A stretch of 64,000 nt of DNA from Limisphaerales bacterium (GTDB lineage Bacteria > Patescibacteriota > Microgenomatia > UBA1400 > PJMF01). Below, one piece after another: positions 1 to 9,017 of this stretch; position 1 is the stretch's first letter, and each line of letters opens with the position of its first letter. Position numbers and translations under genes: made by a program. The notes beneath the pieces are model-generated. The model ran no database searches, was not told the DNA's origin, and worked only from the letters and a program-made list of their open reading frames with translations. Location of the stretch: the NCBI GenBank assembly GCA_044350895.1, contig JBILGT010000002.1:36554-100553 (forward strand), given 5' to 3'.

Positions 1-1
1 A

Positions 2-994
2 CTTGCCTCGTACGACCTCGCTGAGAATAATGCTCACTTTGTACTATACCGTCCACAGTCCGGAGGCGATGAATTTACACTTTCAATAACTGGACCGGAC
101 GAAATTCTCAAGAAAATCAAAGCAGAGTTTCCAGAAAGAATTCGGCATATGGAGTATGAAGGCATTTCCGAGGTAATTGGAGCTGAGTGTGGAAGTGCGC
201 TTTTTACCCATGCGGAGCAACAGACATTTGCCCAAGGGGCATTATCTGAGGACAATGGGATCAACCTTGCTCTTGAGCAAAAAGTAAAAGAGCTTGAAAA
301 TAATCTTGCTTTAGAAGATAAAGATGTCAAAAATTTATATGGACTTGGTCGCTTTGATAAATTGTCATATCTGTACCAACTTTTGCAACTTGTATGCCTA
401 AAACAACTGAGTGATCAAAAAGTTCAGGAGATTTTGAAAGAACTGGTGAAAGCTGATAGTGATGTAGCAAAATTATTGCAACCCGCCGCTGAAACAGTAA
501 CCACTAGTAACAGAGATGCAATTAGTGATAATGGTCTTATAGATTTTTCAGTAGTTGTCGAGGATTTGATAGCACAGTCTGTCGAAATGCTTTCACATCC
601 TATATCTAAAATTGATAATTTAGTTGCTGCACTAGAAGACCAGCCATTTGATAGAACCACTAAGGGACTTAGTAAAGAGTCGCATCACAAGATTAGCGCT
701 GCATTCAGAACTATTCATCAATCATTGGCGGAGAACTTTGGAAGCCGCAGAATGACAACAGCGGGACAAACATGTTTTGGTTATATAACTAGACGTTGCG
801 AGCGCGTTGAGACTAGAATTGATGATTCTAATCGGCTCAGTTTACGTGATTTAGTTTTCTTGGGACTTCTTTCACAAGGCACATTAGCAAAACTTCAAGA
901 ATATGTGTTGGAATTAACAAATGCCATTGGTAAAGATGCCCTCGGAAAACATTCAGGTGCAGATACATTGGTAAAGTACGCATTCGGCGCTTAA
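2..994 (+). CDS. hypothetical protein (5' end truncated by window start)
   Basis: Frame 2 is open from the window start through the annotated ORF 149..994, so the gene continues upstream. No recognisable motif. Confidence 0.45.
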   Translation, partial: LASYDLAENNAHFVLYRPQSGGDEFTLSITGPDEILKKIKAEFPERIRHMEYEGISEVIGAECGSALFTHAEQQTFAQGALSEDNGINLALEQKVKELENNLALEDKDVKNLYGLGRFDKLSYLYQLLQLVCLKQLSDQKVQEILKELVKADSDVAKLLQPAAETVTTSNRDAISDNGLIDFSVVVEDLIAQSVEMLSHPISKIDNLVAALEDQPFDRTTKGLSKESHHKISAAFRTIHQSLAENFGSRRMTTAGQTCFGYITRRCERVETRIDDSNRLSLRDLVFLGLLSQGTLAKLQEYVLELTNAIGKDALGKHSGADTLVKYAFGA

Positions 995-1002
995 TTTATT
1001 AC

Positions 1003-2784
1003 CTACTGTTTGTACTCCACATTAAAAAATGCAAAGCCACTTTGAGGAATTCTCAGATAGCCTGGTGCGCGAAGATTAAATGTTGATTTGAACTCTTCAC
1101 CAGAAATTGCGATTGAGCCACGGTTTGTCTGGAACGTAACAGTCGCTGTTTGCCCATTTCCGCCATGTGAAACACTCACCCCACTAATACTTGTCACCGC
1201 TCCACCCGAGCCATTAGCAAAATTACGGAGTTCTTCTTTAGAATATGGATTGCCACTGCCGCCACCAATATTACACTCATTAATTGTCGTTGGCACAATT
1301 CTTCCAGAGTCAGCTCCGTTTGGATTTTTGCGAACAATCCAGGCATTAATAATGTCAGCCATTTCTTCTTGTGAAAGCCAAGGATGGTTTCGACCACAGT
1401 TGGCACCACTACTAGAATACCCATTGCGGTACCATGATTTATAGAACCACGGACTTTTGGCAATACTTTCCCAGGCTCGGTTAGACCAATCGCCACTTCC
1501 TGATTTGTCTTGAGTATCCCAACCACTCTTTTTGGAATATCCCCCGTGTGTGGAAGCGTACTGGGTTGAAACAGGATTACCACCACCGTCTACGAGCACC
1601 CACCCTTTTGTTTCGTTAACGGCACTTTCCCATGCGCCACCCTTTTTACTATTCTTGAAAACTTGGCAACTTTCTGTTGTACAAATTGTTCGCTGCCCAT
1701 TGTTCGTATATTTAATGGCAAAAGTTCGAGCTGCGATTGCTTGAGCTTTGAGAGCGTTAATATTCCAGCTTCCTGGCATTTCATAAATTCCTTGTAGGTA
1801 TCGATCTTCAAATGAAATTTTTCCAACACCTTGCACATCAATGTCACCCATTTCGCTGTAGTCTTTTTTGATTGTGGCATCAGGATAATATGCTTTCAAA
1901 ATATCTTCCACAGACTGCCCAGCATCAGCACGGGCCTTTGCGCCGTATTGGCTCATACCATTTCGGTGCGTATATGCTCCAAAACTAAAAACTGCAAACG
2001 AATTACTTGGTGCTTGAGATTTGAAAGCAATCGATGCATTAAAATCATCAGCCAGTGGAACTTCTCCGACTGAAGTAATTGAAGTACCGGAACGTGCGGA
2101 AAGAATTGCTTCCTGTTTGGCATTAAGTTCAGCAATTTTGCCCGTTAACTCTTTTTGGTATGCCTTAGCCTTATTAATCTCAGCAGTAAAGAAGTCTGCT
2201 TGAGCATCAAGTTGCTTTTCCAACCCAGCCAAAGTGACTTGCCGTTGCTCCAAAGCCTTTTTATCAGATTCCAGTTTTGAGATATCTTGACCGACAGTAT
2301 TAATGAGGTTCTGGTTCTTCTCACGAAGACTTGAGTGATAGGTCAGACCTTTAGTGAGATCAGCTGCGTCATCGCTGCTAAACACAACGAGGAGCGGTGA
2401 AACAACCCGAAGCTGTTTATACTGGCTACGCACTCTTTCTGAAAGAAGCGTGTAGTACACACCTAGCTCAGTTTCTCGTTTTTCAATGTCTGTGGCGAGC
2501 AAGGCGGCATCTTTTTTGGCCTTTGCAATGCCTGATCTCGCACTAGTAATTCGCGATTCTAGGGTTGTAACTTCTTTCTCAAGCGGTTTTGTAGCATCTT
2601 CAGAAAGTTTTTTTAGGTTTTCTAGGTCCTGAATATCCTTCTCTAACTGCTCGATTTCATCGAGTGCTTGAACTGAAAAATGCATTGATTCAACAAAGTA
2701 TTTACCACATAAAGAAAAGGTGCTAAATATGAAAAAAAGCAACAACACAAAACGGGCAGTACGTGTTCGAAAGCGAGGCATCAA
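1003..2784 (-). CDS. SpoIID/LytB-domain protein with N-terminal membrane anchor and long coiled-coil region
   Basis: C-terminal half carries the SpoIID/LytB signature region '...EMPGSWNINALKAQAIAARTFAIKYT...'. The N-terminus is hydrophobic (MMPRFRTRTARFVLLLFFIFSTF), followed by heptad-like Q/E/K/L-rich sequence. Confidence 0.65.
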   Translation of the reverse strand: MMPRFRTRTARFVLLLFFIFSTFSLCGKYFVESMHFSVQALDEIEQLEKDIQDLENLKKLSEDATKPLEKEVTTLESRITSARSGIAKAKKDAALLATDIEKRETELGVYYTLLSERVRSQYKQLRVVSPLLVVFSSDDAADLTKGLTYHSSLREKNQNLINTVGQDISKLESDKKALEQRQVTLAGLEKQLDAQADFFTAEINKAKAYQKELTGKIAELNAKQEAILSARSGTSITSVGEVPLADDFNASIAFKSQAPSNSFAVFSFGAYTHRNGMSQYGAKARADAGQSVEDILKAYYPDATIKKDYSEMGDIDVQGVGKISFEDRYLQGIYEMPGSWNINALKAQAIAARTFAIKYTNNGQRTICTTESCQVFKNSKKGGAWESAVNETKGWVLVDGGGNPVSTQYASTHGGYSKKSGWDTQDKSGSGDWSNRAWESIAKSPWFYKSWYRNGYSSSGANCGRNHPWLSQEEMADIINAWIVRKNPNGADSGRIVPTTINECNIGGGSGNPYSKEELRNFANGSGGAVTSISGVSVSHGGNGQTATVTFQTNRGSIAISGEEFKSTFNLRAPGYLRIPQSGFAFFNVEYKQ

Positions 2785-2911
2785 TGCCTGTAGTGTAACA
2801 GAAAATGTCCCCTATTTCCTTTCTTTTCTTAAATGAGGTAAAATACACTGTAGAAGCATCCTGAAAACGAACTCCAAGACAATTGGTGTTTTTTGTTGCT
2901 AGTAAAAAGAT

Positions 2912-4207
2912 ATGAAAAGAATACACAAATTTATAGTGAGTGCTAGTCTTTTCTTTGTTTTGATCCTCCAAAGCTTTATACAACCCCACACTGTCCGCGC
3001 AGCTGAGGCATGTCCTGGTACAACTGAAGGTTTTGGTGTTGAGCTACCACCCTATACCACAGACCTAAAACATACCGTTAAATTTGATACAACAAATTGG
3101 AGTAAAGATTACAAATATTTTATTGTGATTCGTTCAAGAGAATATGTTCCAGATATTGGTACTCGCAATGTAGAAGCAGATTCACCAGCATTTAAATTAG
3201 GAGCCGACACGTCTGTTTCAGATAGTGATGGGAAAGTTACTCTCACAGGTTCCCAATTAACATACGAAATAACATCAAGTTGGGCACTGCAAAATCGCAA
3301 TAATTCTTATGATTATCAAGATAAACATTATGTAGAAATCCATCGATACGCAACTGTTGCGATTGGCAACACCTGGAACTACTTCTGTAGCGGAGGAACG
3401 TACACCACTTCACCAGGCATCAAAGGCTGCAAGATTACTGTTTACCAGAATCGCTCTGATCAAGGTGGACAAGCATGTTATCTAGGCGGCAGCAATAGTT
3501 GTATTCAAACAAGTAGCAGTGAACAGGTGAATGTTCGGGTTGATAATTTAAAATACTCTGACGGCAAGGTTGTGGATGGTCTTGAAGTAAGCTTTGTGTT
3601 TGGGCAACCTGGCATGGGGGTAGCACCCGACTCTTTCCAAACAATCAGGAATGGTTCTGCTGCCGGTGCGTTTTACCCAAATGGGAGAGGCACCTTTAGT
3701 ATTCAACTGAGAATGCGTCGCTGGGGCATCAACTATGATATTCCAGGATGTTACAGAGAAATCGAAGTTGAAGAAGTCTGTAATGATAAATGCAACAAAA
3801 CTGAGACAAGTACTGATAGTACTGAGAATCTTGATATAGTTTCTGTTTTTCAAATTTGTTCTCAAATTAGTAACACTGAACTTAAGGCAAAATGTGAGGA
3901 GTGTGCCGGTGGCCCAGATGGTCGTAAGGGTGTTTGGACGGCGGTGGGGTGTATTGAACGCGATCCACAAAATATAGTGCAGCGCTTTATTGAGATTGGG
4001 CTAGGTGTAGGAGGCGGTATCTGCTTACTAATGACACTGGCCGCAGGCTTTATGATTACCACTTCTCAAGGTGATCCGAAACAGTTCAACGAAGCTAAAG
4101 ACATGATTACTTCAGCAATTGTTGGATTATTGTTTATAATTTTCTCAGTGTTCATTTTACAATTTATAGGTGTGACAGTCCTGCAAATTCCAGGATTTGG
4201 AAGCTAA
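2912..4207 (+). CDS. secreted protein with large N-terminal extracellular domain fused to a C-terminal VirB2/TrbC-like pilin-type two-helix domain
   Basis: Signal peptide (MKRIHKFIVSASLFFVLILQSFIQPHTVRA). The C-terminus '...GLGVGGGICLLMTLAAGFMITTSQGDPKQFNEAKDMITSAIVGLLFIIFSVFILQF...' has the same TM1-(G/S)GDxxK...A(K/R)(N/D)-xxxSAIxGL-TM2 architecture as the pilin array at 9.6-14.4 kb. Confidence 0.5.
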   Translation: MKRIHKFIVSASLFFVLILQSFIQPHTVRAAEACPGTTEGFGVELPPYTTDLKHTVKFDTTNWSKDYKYFIVIRSREYVPDIGTRNVEADSPAFKLGADTSVSDSDGKVTLTGSQLTYEITSSWALQNRNNSYDYQDKHYVEIHRYATVAIGNTWNYFCSGGTYTTSPGIKGCKITVYQNRSDQGGQACYLGGSNSCIQTSSSEQVNVRVDNLKYSDGKVVDGLEVSFVFGQPGMGVAPDSFQTIRNGSAAGAFYPNGRGTFSIQLRMRRWGINYDIPGCYREIEVEEVCNDKCNKTETSTDSTENLDIVSVFQICSQISNTELKAKCEECAGGPDGRKGVWTAVGCIERDPQNIVQRFIEIGLGVGGGICLLMTLAAGFMITTSQGDPKQFNEAKDMITSAIVGLLFIIFSVFILQFIGVTVLQIPGFGS

Positions 4208-4217
4208 TCATATATCT

Positions 4218-5534
4218 ATGAACAAATTACGACTCTTTATCTTCACCACACTGATATTTTTGTTTACGTTCTTTATTCAAACTACTACCGTGCATGCTGC
4301 GATAGGTGCTGACTGTGGCAATCATGGAAGATGTGGGGGTACATCAGATGGTTGTGGTGCAAACGAAATTTGTATTGATGCTACCGTCTGGGATACACAA
4401 GGTGGTAAGTGTGAAGCGTCAAACGGACGCTGTGAGAATCGAGATGATTCAAGGAATGAAGTCTGCGGCTATACTGATGGTCTCCTGCATGGCACAGATC
4501 AATGGTGTGGAGCCCGCGGCGGCTGCGCCACAGGATACCTGTGTAATAGCACTTCTAAAAAATGTGAGCTTAATAATGGGGATACTGCTGGAGGCGCCGT
4601 TGGCTCAGCATGTGCAAATATCCAGGAAGTATATGATAGCCAGTGTGGCTACTGGACTTCCAATCAATGTGGCGCAGCTGGCGTTTGTCAGACCGGGTAT
4701 CGCTGCGTTGCTGTGACCTCAATCATTAGCCGAACTGGCTATGCCTGTAGACCAGATCCCACAGATGAACCCAATAAATGTCCAGGGTCTCCTACACAAC
4801 CTGCAGTTGCATTGAGCTGTGGTGAATCTTCTGACAACCCAAATGCAACGTGCAGTTGTTCAGGCACTGGTGCTGGACTTGTTGACTTGGCCTACGGCAA
4901 AAAGTGTTGTGGCTGGAAACTAAATGGTGGAGCTGACTGTGGTGCAACAAGCCCCACTACCCCCCTCCTGTGTGGCCAAACTTCTGCAAATAGTACGGCA
5001 ACCTGTGGTTGTACAGGAGCAACTCTCACTCGGAATACCAATGTCGACGCAACAACAGAACGCAATCAAATGTACTGTTGTGGGTGGATAAACGGCAAAA
5101 GTTGCGGAAGTACCAAACCAGCCACCCCAGTAGATCCAGCAAATCCTGTTGATCCTACAGATCCTGGAACAGGTGGTGCTGATGACACGACAACTTTAGA
5201 TATTTTTGCAGGTCCGAATTCTGAAGACTTTAAACTACTCAATCCTATTGCAAACTTCAGTACTGATGCCGCAGCGCGAGCTTCATTTACCTCTCCTGGT
5301 GGAATTATTTCGCGGGTGCTTCTCTTTGCATTTCCAATTGCAGGATTAATCCTGTTTGTAATGCTAGTCATTGCAGGATTCCAGATTGTAGCTGGGGCAG
5401 CATCAAGTGGCAGTAAATCAATTGATGCTGGTAAACAACGTGCCAGCAATGCACTCCTTGGCTTTGTGCTACTCTTCGTTGCCTACTGGGTAATGCAGAT
5501 TATTGAAACAATTTTTGGAATTACGATTCTCTAA
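4218..5534 (+). CDS. cysteine-rich secreted modular protein, Pro-rich linker, C-terminal VirB2/TrbC-like pilin-type domain
   Basis: Probable start at 4218 (MNKLRLFIFTTLIFLFTFFIQTTTVHA signal peptide) rather than the track start 4197. Repeated CG..G.C..GY.C and C.C.G.G....CCGW modules, a PxDPxNP linker, and C-terminal '...FPIAGLILFVMLVIAGFQIVAGAASSGSKSIDAGKQRASNALLGFVLLFVAYWVMQI...'. Confidence 0.5.
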   Translation: MNKLRLFIFTTLIFLFTFFIQTTTVHAAIGADCGNHGRCGGTSDGCGANEICIDATVWDTQGGKCEASNGRCENRDDSRNEVCGYTDGLLHGTDQWCGARGGCATGYLCNSTSKKCELNNGDTAGGAVGSACANIQEVYDSQCGYWTSNQCGAAGVCQTGYRCVAVTSIISRTGYACRPDPTDEPNKCPGSPTQPAVALSCGESSDNPNATCSCSGTGAGLVDLAYGKKCCGWKLNGGADCGATSPTTPLLCGQTSANSTATCGCTGATLTRNTNVDATTERNQMYCCGWINGKSCGSTKPATPVDPANPVDPTDPGTGGADDTTTLDIFAGPNSEDFKLLNPIANFSTDAAARASFTSPGGIISRVLLFAFPIAGLILFVMLVIAGFQIVAGAASSGSKSIDAGKQRASNALLGFVLLFVAYWVMQIIETIFGITIL

Positions 5535-5559
5535 AATTTATCAGAAAAAGTTTTATAGT

Positions 5560-6273
5560 TTACTTGCCGAATCTTCGTTTGCGTGATGCATATTCTTCTA
5601 AAAGTTCGTCAAACTTCTCAGGGGTAAATTCTGGAAAATAAAATTTTGGGAATGCTAACTCAGCATACTCACTTTGCCAAAGCAAAAATCCAGAGCTGCG
5701 GTGCTCACCACTCGTGCGAATAATGAAGTCTGGATCAGGGATACCTACTGTATCAAGTGCTTGTTCAACTTCTTCTTTTGTAATTGGTTTTGTTGTAGTC
5801 GTTACCCCTGACGCTTCGCGTGCTGCAACCAAACTATTTACGGTTCTTAAAAGCTCATCTCTTCCACCGTAGTTCATTGCAAAAATGACGGTGATACCAG
5901 TATTATCTTTGGTCAGATCAATTCCCCGCTGTATTCGTTCCTGGATCTCAGAATCAAATTTAGAGATATCACCAATTGTTTTTACACGGACATTTTTTTC
6001 GTGGAACTTTGGTACAAATACATCAAAAACTTCTTTGAAAAGATCAAGCAAGTATTCAACTTCACGTTTGTCACGCTGCCAATTTTCAGTACTAAAAATC
6101 CAAAATGTTATATAGCGAACACCTCTAGCATGAGCGTGATCAACGAGTGGCTCAAAAACAGCATCTACAGCTCGTCTGTGGCCCAACAAAACCTCCAGTT
6201 TATGCTCTCTCGCCCAACGTCGGTTGCCATCACAAATAATTGCTACATGTTCTGGAAGTGTGTTGTCAGACAT
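5560..6273 (-). CDS. uppS: isoprenyl transferase (undecaprenyl diphosphate synthase)
   Basis: 'HVAIICDGNRRWAREH...' and the rest of the cis-prenyltransferase family signature. 237 aa is the typical length. Confidence 0.9.
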   Translation of the reverse strand: MSDNTLPEHVAIICDGNRRWAREHKLEVLLGHRRAVDAVFEPLVDHAHARGVRYITFWIFSTENWQRDKREVEYLLDLFKEVFDVFVPKFHEKNVRVKTIGDISKFDSEIQERIQRGIDLTKDNTGITVIFAMNYGGRDELLRTVNSLVAAREASGVTTTTKPITKEEVEQALDTVGIPDPDFIIRTSGEHRSSGFLLWQSEYAELAFPKFYFPEFTPEKFDELLEEYASRKRRFGK

Positions 6274-6275
6274 AG

Positions 6276-7079
6276 TTACTTTGTAATTGCAGTTCCTACT
6301 ACAGTATCACCAATAAGAGAGTGAAATAATGCATCTTTTTTTAGGCCTGAGATAATGCCCACCTGCATTCCTGCAGCAGCAAGTTTCATTGATTCTTCAA
6401 TTTTATGTGCCATGCCACCAGTTACATCAAATCCTTTTGTGACTCCAATTAGCTTTTCCACTTCTCTGATATTTTCTTCAGTGATGTGCGGAATTACTGC
6501 GCCAGATGCATCAAGTACACCCGCCACTTCAGTGACATGAATAATTTTCTGAATACTGTATTTATCTGAATCAATAAAGTGCTCAGCAATGTATCCTAGT
6601 ATTTTTTCAGTAGACCAAATTGTACATCCTTTAGTACTATCCACTAATACATCTCCACCTGTAATTGGGACCATGCCTTTTGCCAGATATTCCTCAAGGA
6701 CATCGCCACACCAGTGTTTGGCTTTGTCTGAATCAGTTACCATGGAATTACTGAAGTAAAAACTTACTGCGGGGATTGAGTGTGCCAAGAACTCTTGCAC
6801 CACAATTCGATTGAGTTGTGCAGCACTATCTTGAGTTACCGCCATACCCATTCTACTGTCTTCATTGATGAATCCATCCATTGTCTTGTAACGCAGTGCA
6901 GGTGCATGTGCGAAACTACCTTGACCATGTCCCACAATATACAAACCACCAGTTTGATGTTGGGCACGAACAATTTCAGTCACGAGCTGTTTGAGGACAT
7001 CTGCTCGTACCATCATCGGAACTTCTTTATTTGTGATGATTGAGCCACCGAGTTTGATGAGTGTAAGTTTTTGTTTCAT
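6276..7079 (-). CDS. ipk: isopentenyl phosphate kinase (amino-acid kinase family)
   Basis: N-terminal 'LIKLGGS', internal 'VGHGQGSFAHAP', C-terminal 'DVTGGMAHKIEE', all as in archaeal IPK. 267 aa. 4-bp overlap with uppS. Confidence 0.7.
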   Translation of the reverse strand: MKQKLTLIKLGGSIITNKEVPMMVRADVLKQLVTEIVRAQHQTGGLYIVGHGQGSFAHAPALRYKTMDGFINEDSRMGMAVTQDSAAQLNRIVVQEFLAHSIPAVSFYFSNSMVTDSDKAKHWCGDVLEEYLAKGMVPITGGDVLVDSTKGCTIWSTEKILGYIAEHFIDSDKYSIQKIIHVTEVAGVLDASGAVIPHITEENIREVEKLIGVTKGFDVTGGMAHKIEESMKLAAAGMQVGIISGLKKDALFHSLIGDTVVGTAITK

Positions 7080-7621
7080 TCAGTTGCTCCTTGTTGTAAT
7101 AATCCTTCGGCAAGAATTCTTTGTGCAGCAATATACACATATGGACGTAAAATTTTTGGACCTTCTGTCTCAAGAAAATCTGGTAATGCGATGGTTGCAA
7201 TAGTGATACTTGGGTACTTATTTTTCAAATACACCAGCTCCGCTTCTGTCAAAGTTACTTTATGACCTACAGCATCAAAGACAACGGTTCCAGGTTTGTT
7301 GACTTTACGTTGCTCCACCCGAACTATAGGGAGACCATTGCTTATTCGATTCAGGGTGAGAGGTAAACCACGCTCCTCAAAACTTTCACGAACAATTGTA
7401 GTCCTCATATCAGCATGTTCACCATCCTCTACACCGCCACCAATCATGCAAAACATTCCTGCTAGCAAACTCACCCATTCTGAGAAAAGTTCAGAATTTG
7501 GAATTCTCTCCTGTTTTCCGGCATCTTCAGGATGAACCCCAAAAAAAATTGTGCCGTCATTAGTTGGATTCATCAGCCAAGCATATGCTCCCAAATGTAT
7601 TTTTTCTGTGGAATTAGACAT
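7076..7621 (-). CDS. Nudix hydrolase
   Basis: Nudix box-like 'GGGVEDGEHADMRTTIVRESFEERGL'. 4-bp overlap with ipk and 2 bp from idi, so operonic. Confidence 0.5.
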   Translation of the reverse strand: MSNSTEKIHLGAYAWLMNPTNDGTIFFGVHPEDAGKQERIPNSELFSEWVSLLAGMFCMIGGGVEDGEHADMRTTIVRESFEERGLPLTLNRISNGLPIVRVEQRKVNKPGTVVFDAVGHKVTLTEAELVYLKNKYPSITIATIALPDFLETEGPKILRPYVYIAAQRILAEGLLQQGATE

Positions 7622-7622
7622 A

Positions 7623-8216
7623 TTATTTTTCTCCTAAGTTTTTAGACAATTTCAGTAATAGGTCATTTCTCTCTAGCATAATCACAAACCAGGGCGCCCA
7701 GTCTTTACTCACTGCTCTATCACACACTTTTTCCCAGCTCACCCACTCAATTGCAGCAACTTCATCAGGATTCGGCGCAACAGTTCCCTCAAACCACCCC
7801 ATAAATACTTGATCAATTTCGTTTTCACTAAACTCATCGTTACATCGTACTTGGTACTGAAACTTCTCAACTGGGTGCAACTCAATTGGCTTTCCATTTT
7901 CATCATTTGTAATACCTAATTCAGCTTCCAATCTTCGCCGAGCGCAGGCTTCATAACTTTCATCTGGCCACACATTCCCACAAGCAGTATTTGCCCACTG
8001 TAATGTACCCACAATTTTTTTGGCACTTCTCTGCTGAATAAGCAGTTCATACTCGCCCGAAGCATTTTCTCTAAACATGAAAACAGAAATTGCCCGGTGC
8101 AGTTTTCCTTCGCCTCGATGCGCCTCAAGTTTATCCATTGATCCAATCACCACATCGTCAGAGGTCACCAAAGTTACAAGATCAGTTTGTGGAATTTGAT
8201 TAGACAAGTTGTTCAT
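7623..8216 (-). CDS. idi: isopentenyl-diphosphate delta-isomerase, type 1 (Nudix fold)
   Basis: 'LHRAISVFMFRE...ELLIQQRSAKK...WANTACGNVWPDESYEACARRRLEAELGI' matches the type-1 IDI pattern (HRAFSVF...QQR...NTCCSHP...E.E). Confidence 0.75.
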   Translation of the reverse strand: MNNLSNQIPQTDLVTLVTSDDVVIGSMDKLEAHRGEGKLHRAISVFMFRENASGEYELLIQQRSAKKIVGTLQWANTACGNVWPDESYEACARRRLEAELGITNDENGKPIELHPVEKFQYQVRCNDEFSENEIDQVFMGWFEGTVAPNPDEVAAIEWVSWEKVCDRAVSKDWAPWFVIMLERNDLLLKLSKNLGEK

Positions 8217-8463
8217 GTTCCTCTGCTTGATCTACTAAAATAAATAGCGCAGGAAGCAACAATCCTGCTTCAGGTAGTGACGCTTTCGCTTTTGGTATTT
8301 CTTTTCGTTTTACCAATTGATCAGTAGATAACTTATAATTACCAGGATATCCACCCCATAACAATTGTTCTTTATTTCTCCAACATGACCGTTCGATTGA
8401 CATACATAGTATTAGTCGCAAAAGCATAGCAAAATCATGCACTCAAAAATAAATTGAGAGAGG

Positions 8464-8802
8464 TTACTCGGAAAAAGCTATCCAGAAGCGGATCAATAAG
8501 TAAAACAATAAAATTTGCCAATATACACAAAAAAGCACCAACCAATTTGCAAAAAATGGGATCAGATCACAACCAAAAAAGCTGGTAGTTTGACAAGAAA
8601 AAATAAACCGGACTGCTGGCACAACCAGAAAAAACCAGACAATTTTTGCCAAAACATACACGGCCACTGGCAAGAAAGTCATCCAGGCAAATACTCTCTC
8701 TCGAGTCAGCGACTGCATTGTTTGATATGGGTGCAGTAACAGACCACCAGTGATCTGTGCAACAGAGTATATGAATGAAGCAAGGAACGCGCGGTTGTTC
8801 AT
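8464..8802 (-). CDS. small polytopic membrane protein (3-4 TM), function unknown
   Basis: Hydrophobic throughout. 4-bp overlap with the upstream 71-aa ORF, so it is the third gene of the sigma-factor operon. Confidence 0.35.
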   Translation of the reverse strand: MNNRAFLASFIYSVAQITGGLLLHPYQTMQSLTRERVFAWMTFLPVAVYVLAKIVWFFLVVPAVRFIFSCQTTSFFGCDLIPFFANWLVLFCVYWQILLFYLLIRFWIAFSE

Positions 8803-9014
8803 AATTTGATCCAGTTCAATGCTTCAAGACCAAATGCTGTTAAACCAGAGAGTACGGCGAGTACTTGCCAAGGATAGTTGCCTACAAATGCCGCAATGGA
8901 ATCAAGTTTATCGGGAAGGACTTTATTTGAGTGGAGTCGCGCCTGCATCTGGGCTTCAAACTGCAGCTTTGATAAAAAATCCATTTTTTGTGGTTCTTCA
9001 ACGGGTTGATCCAT
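8799..9014 (-). CDS. small single-pass membrane protein; candidate anti-sigma factor
   Basis: Immediately downstream of the ECF-like sigma gene (stop/start 4 bp apart). Has a cytoplasmic N-terminus and a C-terminal TM 'WQVLAVLSGLTAFGLEALNWI'. The assignment is by position only. Confidence 0.3.
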   Translation of the reverse strand: MDQPVEEPQKMDFLSKLQFEAQMQARLHSNKVLPDKLDSIAAFVGNYPWQVLAVLSGLTAFGLEALNWIKL

Positions 9015-9017
9015 AAA

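Noticed and set aside
8200-8442. 80-aa minus-strand ORF upstream of idi
   Set aside because: It overlaps the idi start in another frame. It has no RBS or recognisable features and is likely non-coding 5' UTR/promoter of the idi operon.
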